Below, one piece after another: positions 27,101-39,100 of a DNA stretch of 64,000 nucleotides (the first letter of the stretch is position 1; every line of letters begins with the position of its first letter). This DNA comes from Thalia democratica (lineage: Eukaryota). The DNA lies in contig OZ241831.1 of assembly GCA_965202585.1 (NCBI GenBank), positions 13,764,001 to 13,828,000 of the forward strand, in the 5' to 3' direction. The translations under genes and the position numbers were made by a program. The notes below the pieces were generated by a model that worked only from the letters and a program-made list of their open reading frames with translations, searched no databases and was not told where the DNA came from.

Positions 27101-30100
27101 CCAGCTTCAAGGAATACAACAAATCTTAAAAAATATGTTAGTCTTTTTATATGTTATTGATATAAAACACTATGGTGTAAGTTTAAATATAAGCTAAAAA
27201 TAAAAGCGTATTATTTTTTATACCTTTGAATAAAGTATTTTAGAATAATGATGAAATTCTATAGAATCTTATACTTAGTAAAAATAGTAAAAACGAGTTA
27301 AAATATTAGGCTCAAAATTCAAGCCTGAAAAATGATTCGTCCAGCAAACAGTCCAAAGTAAATCAGAAGTCTGATATTGAAGGTTTAAAGCTATTTATCT
27401 TTATTATTTGTTGTGAATATGATGTACATCACAAGAAAGAGCATGTGTAAAACACCTTTTTGTTTGCTTTGTGTTATTAATTATTTTTATTAAAAGTTAT
27501 TTAAAGTTTTTCAATTAATTCCATTTGTTGACATTAGGATTTCTTTATCTGCAGTAGCTTTTCTTATAAAAACAAATAATTAGTTCTCTAACTAGAATAA
27601 AATAGATAACTTTTCTACAGTGTTTGAGGAACTATAAATATTTTCTACATATGGTAGATATATAACACCATTATTTGTTTGTTGGAGTTTTCAAAATAAA
27701 TTTTATTAAATATTGAAATAAACAGTAAATGAATCTCTGATCGAAGAACAAATGCTCGATTCTACTATAGAAACTTCTCCAGCTAAGAAAGTTGATACAG
27801 GTTTATACAAATTAGATTATAATTAACAATTGAAAAATAACAAAAAAAAATAAATGTTTATCTAGACAAAGTAGTAAGAAAAAGTTTAAGACCAGCTAAA
27901 AAAAAGCAAGTCAACTTAGATGAAACAAACAACACTGTACACGAATTTCAAGCTGAAAAATCTACTTCTGTCAAAACTACTGAGAATAGTTCAGGTATTT
28001 TTAAGTCTTTAAGTAAGGCGCATATGTTTGTTAAGTAGTAATTTATGCTTTAAACCCAAAAAGTAGTGTTTAAAAAAAATTACTTTTAATACGTTTTTAT
28101 TGATATTTAATGTTACAAAACAAACATTAAATACATCTTTCAAAAACTAAAAGAATTGTAAAAATAATTTTTTACAAAATAGAATCTTGTGTAAACAAAT
28201 TTTAAACAAACGGATTTCGAAGAGTTAGAATTAAAATATATTTTAAGTAAAAAGTTATAAAAGTTTTGTGGTATAACACAGCTTTAAATTTTTTTGATAA
28301 TTTAATTTGAATAGTGTTCGCATTAAGTTTTCTATAACTTAGTAAAAACGTTAAAATTCATATAAGGCTTTTTTAAATGATGGAATTTATTTCATTACCT
28401 TGATAAACTAGTTTTTTCAAATTAGTAAAAAATAGTTATGTATTTATTTTTAAAAGTTATTCAACTTCAAATTTTGTATGAGAAAATAAGGAAATATATA
28501 TTCGAACGAATTTGGCGACTTAATCTCCAGAGAAAATTTGGTGTTTTACTGAATGAATAAATAAAAAAAACATTTAATAAAGCTTTGGCTATTAACAGCT
28601 TATATTGGAAACATTAAGGGAATAGGAGGGTTATAAAACTTTTTTCACAATTTGATCTTATTTTATACAGTTTTTACTAAGCTACAAGATACTTTTCACA
28701 GATTTTATAAATTCAAAGTATTTTTTGAGAAATAGTCGGTCAAAGTCGGAGGCAACAATAGCTTCCTAATGGGAGGCGCAAACTAAAACGGCAAAAATAG
28801 ACTATTTCACGAAAAATATATCTTCTACGTTTTCTTAGATAACTACTTCAAAATTTCAGGAAGTGTTACTTGATATATTTAGAAAATTCAGTTGGAAAAA
28901 ATTAAAAAAATAAATATAAGATAAAAATTTTATTTAAAGTATAAACAAAAAAACAGTTTTTTTTTATAAAACTTATATTTTAAAATATTTTTAAATTTTG
29001 TTCCGACAAAATTTTCTTATATTGCAAGGAACATTTTCTAAAACTTTGAGGTAGTTATCTGAAAAAACGTAGGAGGAGATAGATTTTTAGTGATTTTTAG
29101 TTATTTACCGTTTTAGTTTGCGCCTCCCATTAGGAAGCTATTGTTGCCTCCGAATTTGACCGGCTATATCTCAAAATCTACTTTGAATTTTTTAAATCTG
29201 TGAAAAGCATCTTGTAGCTTAGTAAAAATTATTCAAAATAAGATCAAATTGTGAAAAAAGTGTTTTACCCCGCCTATGTCCTTAAATGTATTTTTTTATT
29301 ACTTGCACTTAAGTAGTTGGTTTTACTTTAGTGATATTTAGAAAGTCGTCCTTAGTTTCGAAGTTTACAAATCTAGTGTTTCAGATTAAATCATCTCTTA
29401 TATCAGTGGCGTCGCGTGGTTTTTTTCCAAGGTGGTGCAGAAAGAAAAAACGAGTTGCCGGTGCTCGATTTGCCCTTACTTGAGTTGTCCCTGCTCGAGT
29501 TGCCTTTGCTCGAGTTGCTTCTGCTCGAGTTGCCTCTGCTCGAGTTGCCTCTGCTCGAGTTGCCTCTGCTCGAGTTGCCTCTGCTCGAGTTGCTTCTGCT
29601 CGAGTTGCCTCTGCTCGAGTTGCCTCTGCTCGAGTTGCCTCTGCTCGAGTTGCCTCTGCTCGAGTTGCCTCTGCTCGAATTGCCTCTGCTCGAGTTGCCT
29701 CTGCTCGAGTTGCCTCTGCTCGAGTTGCCTCTGCTCGAGTTGCTTCTGCTCGAGTTGCTTCTGCTTGAGTTGCTTCTGCTTGAGTTGCTTCTGCTCTAAT
29801 CGCCTTTGTTTGTGTTGCTTCAACTCGAGTTGCCTCTACTCGAGTTGCTTCTGCGCGAATCGCCTCAACTTGTGTTGCTTCGACTCGAGTTACCTCTGTT
29901 CTGCTCTCTGTTTTCATTTTTTGTTTACAATAGCTTGTGGAATGATACTTAAGCCTATACTGTTTTAGGGAACTTTCAACTTAGCTTACTTACCGCAAGA
30001 TATTGATTTTGCGGTAATTCTTGAAGAAATTTTGTTTTTTGAGTAAGAGTTTGCGGCAGTGAAGTGAGCAAAATGGTCGTTTTCTAAATTTGAGTTTTGT

Positions 30101-33100
30101 AAGAGATTTTAGTCTAAAAGATAACGTAAAATTTATAGATACTTAAAGTTTTCTTACAAAATTTTAAGGTGGTGCAATTGCGGCAGTGCAACACCCCACG
30201 CGACGCCCCTGTCTTATATTACTTAATTTACTTTTCCAAGTATGTGACATTTAGACAAAATTGTAGCACTTTTTACTATATTATTTTACAGCATTAAATT
30301 TGGTAGTTTTGCTAGTTCAAAATTTTACTGAGATTTTAACCCGCAACCATATTTAATTCAGACTTCTTTTAGTTTATAAGTTTTATAAAATAAGTGTGTT
30401 ATAAGGCGTCTCTTGACTTTAGTTTACATCTTTTTTAGATCAACCAGTGAGAAAATCAGTGAGAAAACCGAAACCATCAGCAAAGATGAAGGAGGAAGCT
30501 CCAGTCAACACACCAAGTAGGAAATCACTGAGAGCAAGTAGGAATCAGAAGAAATATGTTGCTGAGTCGGAAGATAGCGGAGATGAAACTCCAGAGAACA
30601 AACCGAGTGGGAAATTGGATAAAATTTTAATGTTAAAACGGGTCGGGCAACGTACAGCCCACTCATAGATATCTTTAGCTCGCGACATATTTTTTAACAA
30701 GTTGTAATAATATAATTGAGTTTGTTTAAAACTAGTATTTTGAATGGGCTCTTAGTTTAATTATTAATGCATTTACTCTTGAATAAATAACTGTTTAAAT
30801 ACAATTTTGCTTTTAAAAAGTGTTTTAAATTTTTTAAATACAATTTTTTACAGTTACATAGTCCGCTAACGTTTGTTTTTAACAAGCTGGCAAGCAAAAT
30901 ATTTCTCTTGGCAAATTTGGCCCGCCAACTAGAAAGATGCCATACCCACTGTAAGGTGTCTCTCATTAATATTATAATTACGTTTTAGATCAACCAGTGA
31001 GAAAATCAGTGAGAAAACCTAAACCATCAGCAAAGATGAACCAAGAAGCTCCAGTCAACACACCAAGTAGGAAATCACTGAGAGCAAGTAGGAATCAGAA
31101 GAAATATGTTGCTGAGTCGGAAGATAGCGGAGATGAAACTCCGGAAGAAGAAGTTTATTTGGAATCTTCCACCAGTGATGATGGATTTTCGGAAGGTGTT
31201 CATATTATAAAACTCAATACCAAAACTTAAGTATTAGTTATTTTTGAGTTTTTATATCTTTAATTAGGTTTTTTGCGAGATAGTTTTAGTGTGCCTGCTC
31301 GTGTAAAATGAGGGCTTTTAAGTTTTATAATATTTGTGTAGAAGTTAAGTTTTTCTACTCAAAAAAGTTTAATTACTCGTTTTTATATAACACTTTATTT
31401 TATCATTCCTATTAGGTTTATTGAAAACAGTAGTGATAAAGTAATGATAAAATTATTAATACGTATTTTAAAGCAGTCTATAAAAATATAAATTTTGTAT
31501 ATAAGATACTCTAGAAGAAGTTTATTTGGATTCAACTAAAGAAGATTTCACTGAAGATTGTTCTGGTATTCAGACGAAATCATTAAAATATTGAAATTAT
31601 ACATTTGTAATGGTTTTATTAGTTAGATAAAATAGTTAAGTGAAACCACTTACACTAAAATATTTTTGATTAAAAATATGATATAACGGTTTGTTTAATT
31701 TTACTTATTTGAAAAATAGTATTTATATTCAATTCAATGTTGAAATATTAGATTATTGGTATCAAACTATGTGTAAGTTGTTTTCAAAATGTGTTTATAG
31801 TATGTATTTTAACAAATTAAATTATACAGTGGTATTTCTTACTTATTTCAAATTTAAGTACATATATCAACTAAATTAAATTAAGAGTAAAACGTTGGTC
31901 CATATAAATATCTTACTTTTTTGATAATGATTGTACAGAATTAGGTGTAAAGTGTTTTCGGTCTTTTCTTACATTTCGAATATTTTTAAAGAGACATATT
32001 AGTAATGTTGTTTTAGACGAAAGCTATGAAATTCCAAAGAAAAAGAACGGAGGCAAAAAGTTTGGTAGAAAATCAACAGCTGCGTCAACTGGTAACAAGA
32101 AAAAGTGTCTCCCTAAAAAAGTGAGTTTAACACATTATTCTTTAAAAAATAATATGGTACTATATTACTATATGAGCTTTTAATGTTTACAGTATTCTTT
32201 GTTCTAAAATATTTTTAACATTCAAACTAAAACGTGTCATATGAAAATTAAACTTTTTTAAAGTTCTTTGTTTAACTCTTTTAGTTTGTCTATGTGCTAA
32301 GTTTATGTACAACCAACATAAGAAAGTTTAATTTTATAACTTAAACCAAAACCAGTTATATGACAGAAAGTTTTTTGATAATCGATTTTATAGTTAGTTA
32401 ATTATATATTATTCAATTTTTGCATAATAAATTTTAAAAAACATTATTATAAACTATTAGGTATTAGCAAGATCATAGCTATTGGAGTAATTAAAGATAA
32501 GTAATGTATTATATATAACAAAGAAATTTTATTATTTTATATACAAGTTCTTCACGAAAAGCAGTTATTAAAAGCATTAAAAAAAATCAGGCTCAGCAGA
32601 AGTTGGCCCGAATTCCGCAGCGATTGCAGCACTTGAGCGGCAATAAGAGCAAGTTAACAATTGCGCGGGAAAGGTTGCACGTGTCGAGCATACCCGGATG
32701 TCTTCCGTGCAGGGACGACAAGTTCAAATCGATATTCGAGTTCGTACACGACAGAATGGAGCAAGGAAGTGGCGGGTAAAAGTTTATTTAATAGATGTTT
32801 TATATTTAGGGTTAAGTACAACAATCATGTAATTTTTTGAATTTTAATCGGTTTTCCTAAACTCATTTTTGTAAACGCTACCTTTGGAAGAAATAAAATA
32901 TAAAATTGACCCTTTTTTTTATTTTGTCACCCATTTGCTTTTTCGCTCCTGATATCACCCACTTCGAAAAATCATGGTTTAAGTCTTATCTAAAAATAAG
33001 TACTGAAAGACAAGCTAAAATTATTAAATTGATAATCGATCAACTAACAATTCTATAACTGCTTAAAAATTTCATCATTGCCCCTCCCCCCTTTTTCGCC

Positions 33101-36100
33101 CATTACTAGTTATTGCTCCCAACTTACTAATATCGTCCACTTTTGGAACCCTGATTTAAATAAACAACATCATGAAGAATATTCAAGTTTTTTACTTCAT
33201 AATTAAGTATATTTTTTATATATCCGTAGTACTAAAATTCGGCAGACATTAACTTTTTAAAAAAGATTAAATGTTACATTAAATTTTAATGTTATTAGAT
33301 GGCTGTTTACTTTTTGAACTTTAGAAAAATAATATGTTCCTTATTTAGTTAAGCTGTTTTTGAAGCTACATAAAACACATAACAAACATTTTGTTTAGAA
33401 AGACGCTTAAGGAATACATGTATAATTTTTACAGACTACCTAGATAATACTATTTTTATGTTGCACCTATGTTGATTTGAATTTATGTCTCTACTGTATA
33501 TTGTACATGTTTTTATTAGTTTATAAGTACTGTAATACTAGAAATAAATCTTGATTAGTTTTATTTGATCTTATATATATATATATAGAACTAAAATACA
33601 CAAAATAAACTTTTGCTTGGGACAGCTGTTTCTGCGTTTAATACGCGTCTTCAGCCAAGTTTTATTCAATGAAAAACAAACTTGTAAGTACAGCAATAAA
33701 ATTATACAAAATTAGGTATTACGTAATAATAGAATAGATAGTTAGTTTTTGACATAATTATTAACAGAGTTTTTAGATAAATTGTTTTCTATAATGCATG
33801 CAGCCAGTTTGTAATTCGTTTCTTTTGTTTAGAGATTCAGATTTTTTAACTTTTAAAATTTCGATTTTTTCCGCATTGCACAATTTACATCCGTTTTTTA
33901 AATTATACTTATTTTTCGTTCTTGTTAATATTTCCCACTGAATTTTAAAATTGACCTTGTAATTTTTTAGTTTCCAAATATACTGCGATAATGTTGTCGT
34001 ATTTTTATGTTTTTCGTGTTTGAAGCTGTACTTGTGCTTTGTGTAGCGATTCTTGAACGATAGTCCAGTCGAGCCGACATAAAACTTAGTCTGATTTTCA
34101 GTTATGACTGTTGCTTTATATATAATATTTTCCATTAGGCAACTTCCATTTACCGGGCATTCTTGTTTTTTGCAGTCACACATTCGCCTCTCTTTGTCCT
34201 GCGTGTCTAACATCTTTCGATGGTGTGCCATTATAAGTTGTTTCATGTTTGGCATGCAGGAATAGGACACTTTTAGTGTCTTCCTGTTAAAAACTTTACA
34301 ATATGGATGGTCTTCAGTAAAGTTTTTGTCCACAATCTCTAGGAAGCGCTTCCCAACCCGTGTTGCCACACTTTTGCAGAATGGAGCATTGAAATATAAA
34401 ATATTTCTTCTCCTTCTTTTCTTGTTCTTACCCTTCTCGCTTTTGTGGCTATAGGCTAACTCGTGATCGTACCCACTTTCTCTTATAGCTTCCTGGTATT
34501 GCTGGGTTGTTTCCTTAAAAAAGCTTTGACTGCTAGAAATCTTCTGGAGGCGGTTATATAGCGGACTGCTATATATATATATGCACCAATCTATGTTTTA
34601 AAGTTTTGACATTTTCCAATAGTTCACATAACAAATTAATCCAACTATAGTATACTAATTTTATAAACGTAATATAAATTTTAAACAAAACTTTCGATTA
34701 GTTTATTGACTAACTTGAAATTCATTGTAAAATTTAATAATCCAAACTTATACAAATACTGTTTCAGGTGCATGTTCATAAGCGGAGTGCCAGGCACGGG
34801 AAAGACAGCAACGGTGATGGAAGTGGTGGCAACGTTGCAGGAGATGGCAGAAGACGATGAAGTACAGCAGTTCAACCTCGTTCATGTGAACGGAATGAAG
34901 CTCACTCATCCGCACCAAACTTACGTGGAAATTCTGAAAGTTTGTTGATTTTTCATGGAAGAACACTTAATTGGTTTAATGTTAAATCTAATAAAAAGCT
35001 TAAAACGTAACACAACTTTTTCTTTGTTTGAAACAATTAGGGTTATATGGTTTTGTTCAACTCCAAACATTTTATTGAATATTACTAAATGAAATTTGCA
35101 ATTTATTTAGGAATATTAAAAATATAACCAACTAATATTTATAATAAAAATCAATAAAACTTTTAGAAAGTTTTTTACTGGTAGCACATTGTTTGTATAC
35201 ATTTTATAATAGTTTTGATAAAATGTACTTTTAGTTTTGTAAAATTTTAAAAACTTGATTATGCATTAATGAAGACTACTAGTTACTAGTTGTTATTATA
35301 GTAATTTTATTTTGCTTTTAACATTTTTTCTTTATCTAGTAAACTTAAGAAAATATCTAAGTACTCCAAATAATAAATTTTCTGAGTTTTATTTTCTGTT
35401 TCAGCAATTGAACGGAACAAAAACATCACCGAAAAACGCTGAGGATATTTTGACTAATATTTTTCAACAAAGAAATAAAAAGCCTACTTTGCTAATTGTC
35501 GATGAACTTGATTTACTATGGACTAAAAAACAGGTATGAAAAGCATTTCCTAAATACTAGAAAAAGTCATTAAGATAAATAAGTGTTTGTGTAAGTATTA
35601 AAAAAGTTCAAATAATTGTTAGAAATTTATTTAATTTTAAGTTAAGCAGCATGAAGTTAACTTGAATATAAAATTAAGCCTTAAAATCAGTATGTGTATC
35701 CGTTTCAAAATATTAGTTCTTTAAAAACTTAAATATTATACTAGAATAAAATACTATTTCTAATATTTTTACTACTTTATTTAATATTGTCTATTTTGAA
35801 GATAACTACACTTTTAAAAAAATAAAGTGCTTGACAAATTGCAAAACTTCAATTTTATTTAGTATATAATTAACATAACAAGTGGATATTTGTTTATAAA
35901 TTCGTTTAATTAAAAAAGTGTACATTTAATGTTTTAGTGTTATAAACTGAGTCAAAATAAGAATGACATGATTAAAAAAAATAATTTTTTATAAAATACA
36001 AATAAAAAATACATTAAGTTTATTAGCTTTATGGATATTTTTGTATTGGCAGATAAAAAAATTTTTAAACTTTTTCACAACTTGTCTAAAAATGCTTCGC

Positions 36101-39100
36101 ATAACTTCTTTATACAACATAATATTTATACACATTGTTTATTTGTATTACACATTGACTTTAAACAATGTTAAAGCAAACACTTATAAGATACATAAAC
36201 AAACAGTTTTAACTAACTGACGTGTACATAAAACTACCTGACAGACTGTCTCTATTTGCGAAATAAACCTGTCAGAATTGGCGTCTATTGAGTATATAAC
36301 AAAATATTAAAATATTCAAACTGTAAACATATCCGTATGTACAAAGTATTGACGATTTTATGTAAACCTATGAACAGGACGTACTGTACCACTTGTTTGA
36401 TTGGCCGCACAACAGCCACGCCAAGCTGATCGTGCTGTCGATCGCCAACACGATGGACTTGCCCGAAAGGCTGATGAGTCAGAGGGTTTCCAGCCGAATC
36501 GGTTTGAGCAGGACTGCCTTCCTCCCGTACAACTTCCAACAGGTTCGTTATTCAATTAGTTTTGTTACGAAGTTAATTTGGTGTAAAAATAGAATATGAA
36601 CTTTTGAAACTGTTTAAAATTCATGTTAGTTTATTGTACGTTTATTAAGTTTATTATTTTTTCATTAAACTTTATTTTATTCTCTTTATAGTAGTGTAAA
36701 TTTTAAAAATCTAAAAGGTTAAAAATTTGATCCTCTAACTCAGACGATCAGTTATCAAATAGTTTGGATTTTCAGGTAGTTATTTTGTAAGTAAGCAGCT
36801 AGATTTATTGAAACTTAAAGCGAAGAATCTTACAAGAGGTCAGATCAAAGTTTTCTTAATTGTTATAATTAATTTACTAAACAGCTTTTAAAAATCTTAC
36901 GTTTGAATTTTCAAACAAGATCTTTACTTTTTTACCATTCATTATATACAAACAAAGACTCGTTTTTTTTTACTATGAAAGAAAAATCGATTGCTGTCTC
37001 TCTAGTTTCTAGGTTGACAATTCAGGTATTCTAATAACTAAATAGTATAACAAAGTTAGAAACTTAATATTAAATAGGTAATTTTTTTGTAGGCTTATAA
37101 TGTGTAGTAGTTCGTCTAAATTTATCTCTATTCAATTTAATACATTAATACTCTTAAAAATATCACAGATGTTCTTGTGCTAAAACTTTATTTCAACTAA
37201 CGGCGTTTCACTGCTCTCAAATAAATTTAAGAACAGATCTACGGAGTCTATAAAATGTTAACACACATTAGAAAAAAAGCAGAAAAAAGCATGTAAAATT
37301 ATGTATAGTATTTATCTAGGTAGTAACTATAAATGGACTTTATGGTTTAAAAACAAAGTTTGGGATAAAAGCATAAAATTATAAAATTGTCTACAAAAAA
37401 AAACAAATTTAATAAAATTAGGCACTAACCTCAAAAAGCTCTAAGAATAGGCCAGTTTTAAAAATGAAAATTAAATTGAGTTGTGCAGAAATGTTACGTC
37501 ATAATAATTTTAACAAATTGTTCAATAATTTATACAGCTTAAAAACATGAAGTATTAAACTTGCAAGTATATGTGAGTTTTGTGAAATAAATTAGTACAT
37601 AAATAGACAGAGTTATTTAAAGTAGAATCGTCGGTTATGGGGACAGATATTCGATAAATCTTGCCGCTTATTCAGAAGTAGGTCTTTATCTTCTGCTGCA
37701 ATTACTGCTCTTTCTGTATTGCAAGTTGGGCAAATTCTACTTACTCCGTTGGATGCATGTTTGATTTTTGAAACAATACTCCACTCCATGTTTGGCCTTT
37801 TACCGTACCTGTGAAAAAAGCTCCAGACATAATCCGATAAACGCGTGCTTTGTTTTTTATTTATATTTTTAAAAGTATGTTTATGATTAGCATATCTATC
37901 CTTGAAACTACCTGCTGTACTTCCGATATAAATTTTATCTGGGCCCTTACTTTCAACTTTAACTTTATAAATTACATTTTTAATTAAACAATTACCTTTT
38001 AATGGGCAGTTATCTTTGTTTAGTTTACGGCAATTACATGTTTTAGGCATATTACTTATCTTATTACTATTAGGGTTAGTTGGTTTTGAATATTTATTTA
38101 TAGTTTTATTGTTATGCATTTTACTTATACTTTTAGCGCTATTATCACTTACTTGTTCTAAGTTTTCTTTTATCATTTTAGAAATACTTCTAGTTATACG
38201 TTGATTATTATAATCTAAACTATTGTTAGTACTATTGATATTGATTACTATTGATTTTTTCTAATGTGTGTTAACATTTTATAGACTCCGTAGATCTGTT
38301 CTTAAATTTATTTGAGAGCAGTGAAACGCCGTTAGTTGAAATAAAGTTTTAGCACAAGAACATCTGTGATATACATTCCGATAAGCTTAGCTTATCAGGA
38401 TCTCCAGGATTTAACGCCTTATAACGTTACATCTTATTACTCTTAAAAATATTTAAGATCATCTATGATGTACATTCTCTAAATAAGTATAGCTCAAACA
38501 TTTTAATTATACAAAAGTAAAGTTAGTTAATAAAACATTTATTGTTTACTAGAAAAATATCACGTACCAATTTCAATGAACAGCTGCAAGAAATAGTGAA
38601 CAGCCGAGTGGAAGGTTTGGACATATTCGATAACAACTCGGTTGAGTTGGCAGCTAGAAAAGTGGCAACTGTATCGGGAGACGCTAGAAGATGCCTGGAT
38701 ATCTGCAGGAGAGCTCTTGAGTTTATGTGAGTACAAAGTTTTCAAAAAAATGTTTTTGAATATCCGGAATATGATGTTTGTATCAACTTGAAATTAGTTA
38801 GCGCATGTGATTTAAGGCATTCCGATTTGTTTTATTCTAAGTCGACCTGATTATGAACATATGATATATGTTTAAGTTAATATACGCTTTTTTTTAACTA
38901 CAAACATTATTATGCATTTTCAGTAAGGAAAAGGAGAAAGTGAAAATCAGTCATATTCAGAAGGCTCTGAAAGAAATGTTCGCATCTCCCATCATTTCAT
39001 TTATCAGGTTTATTTATTTACAATCAATGTCTTTTTTTTGATTAAAAAATAAAAAGCAAAGGTATTAGCTAACAATTTTTGATATTATTAACCTAAAATA

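Noticed and set aside
29461-29900. Regular repeat array as a possible CRISPR
   Set aside because: Head-to-tail units with no unique spacers, no cas genes, eukaryotic DNA.
29416-29968. ELPLL, CSSCL (metallothionein-like) and QRQLE repeat ORFs
   Set aside because: They are by-products of a stop-free 15-bp unit inside a transposon; no independent evidence of coding.
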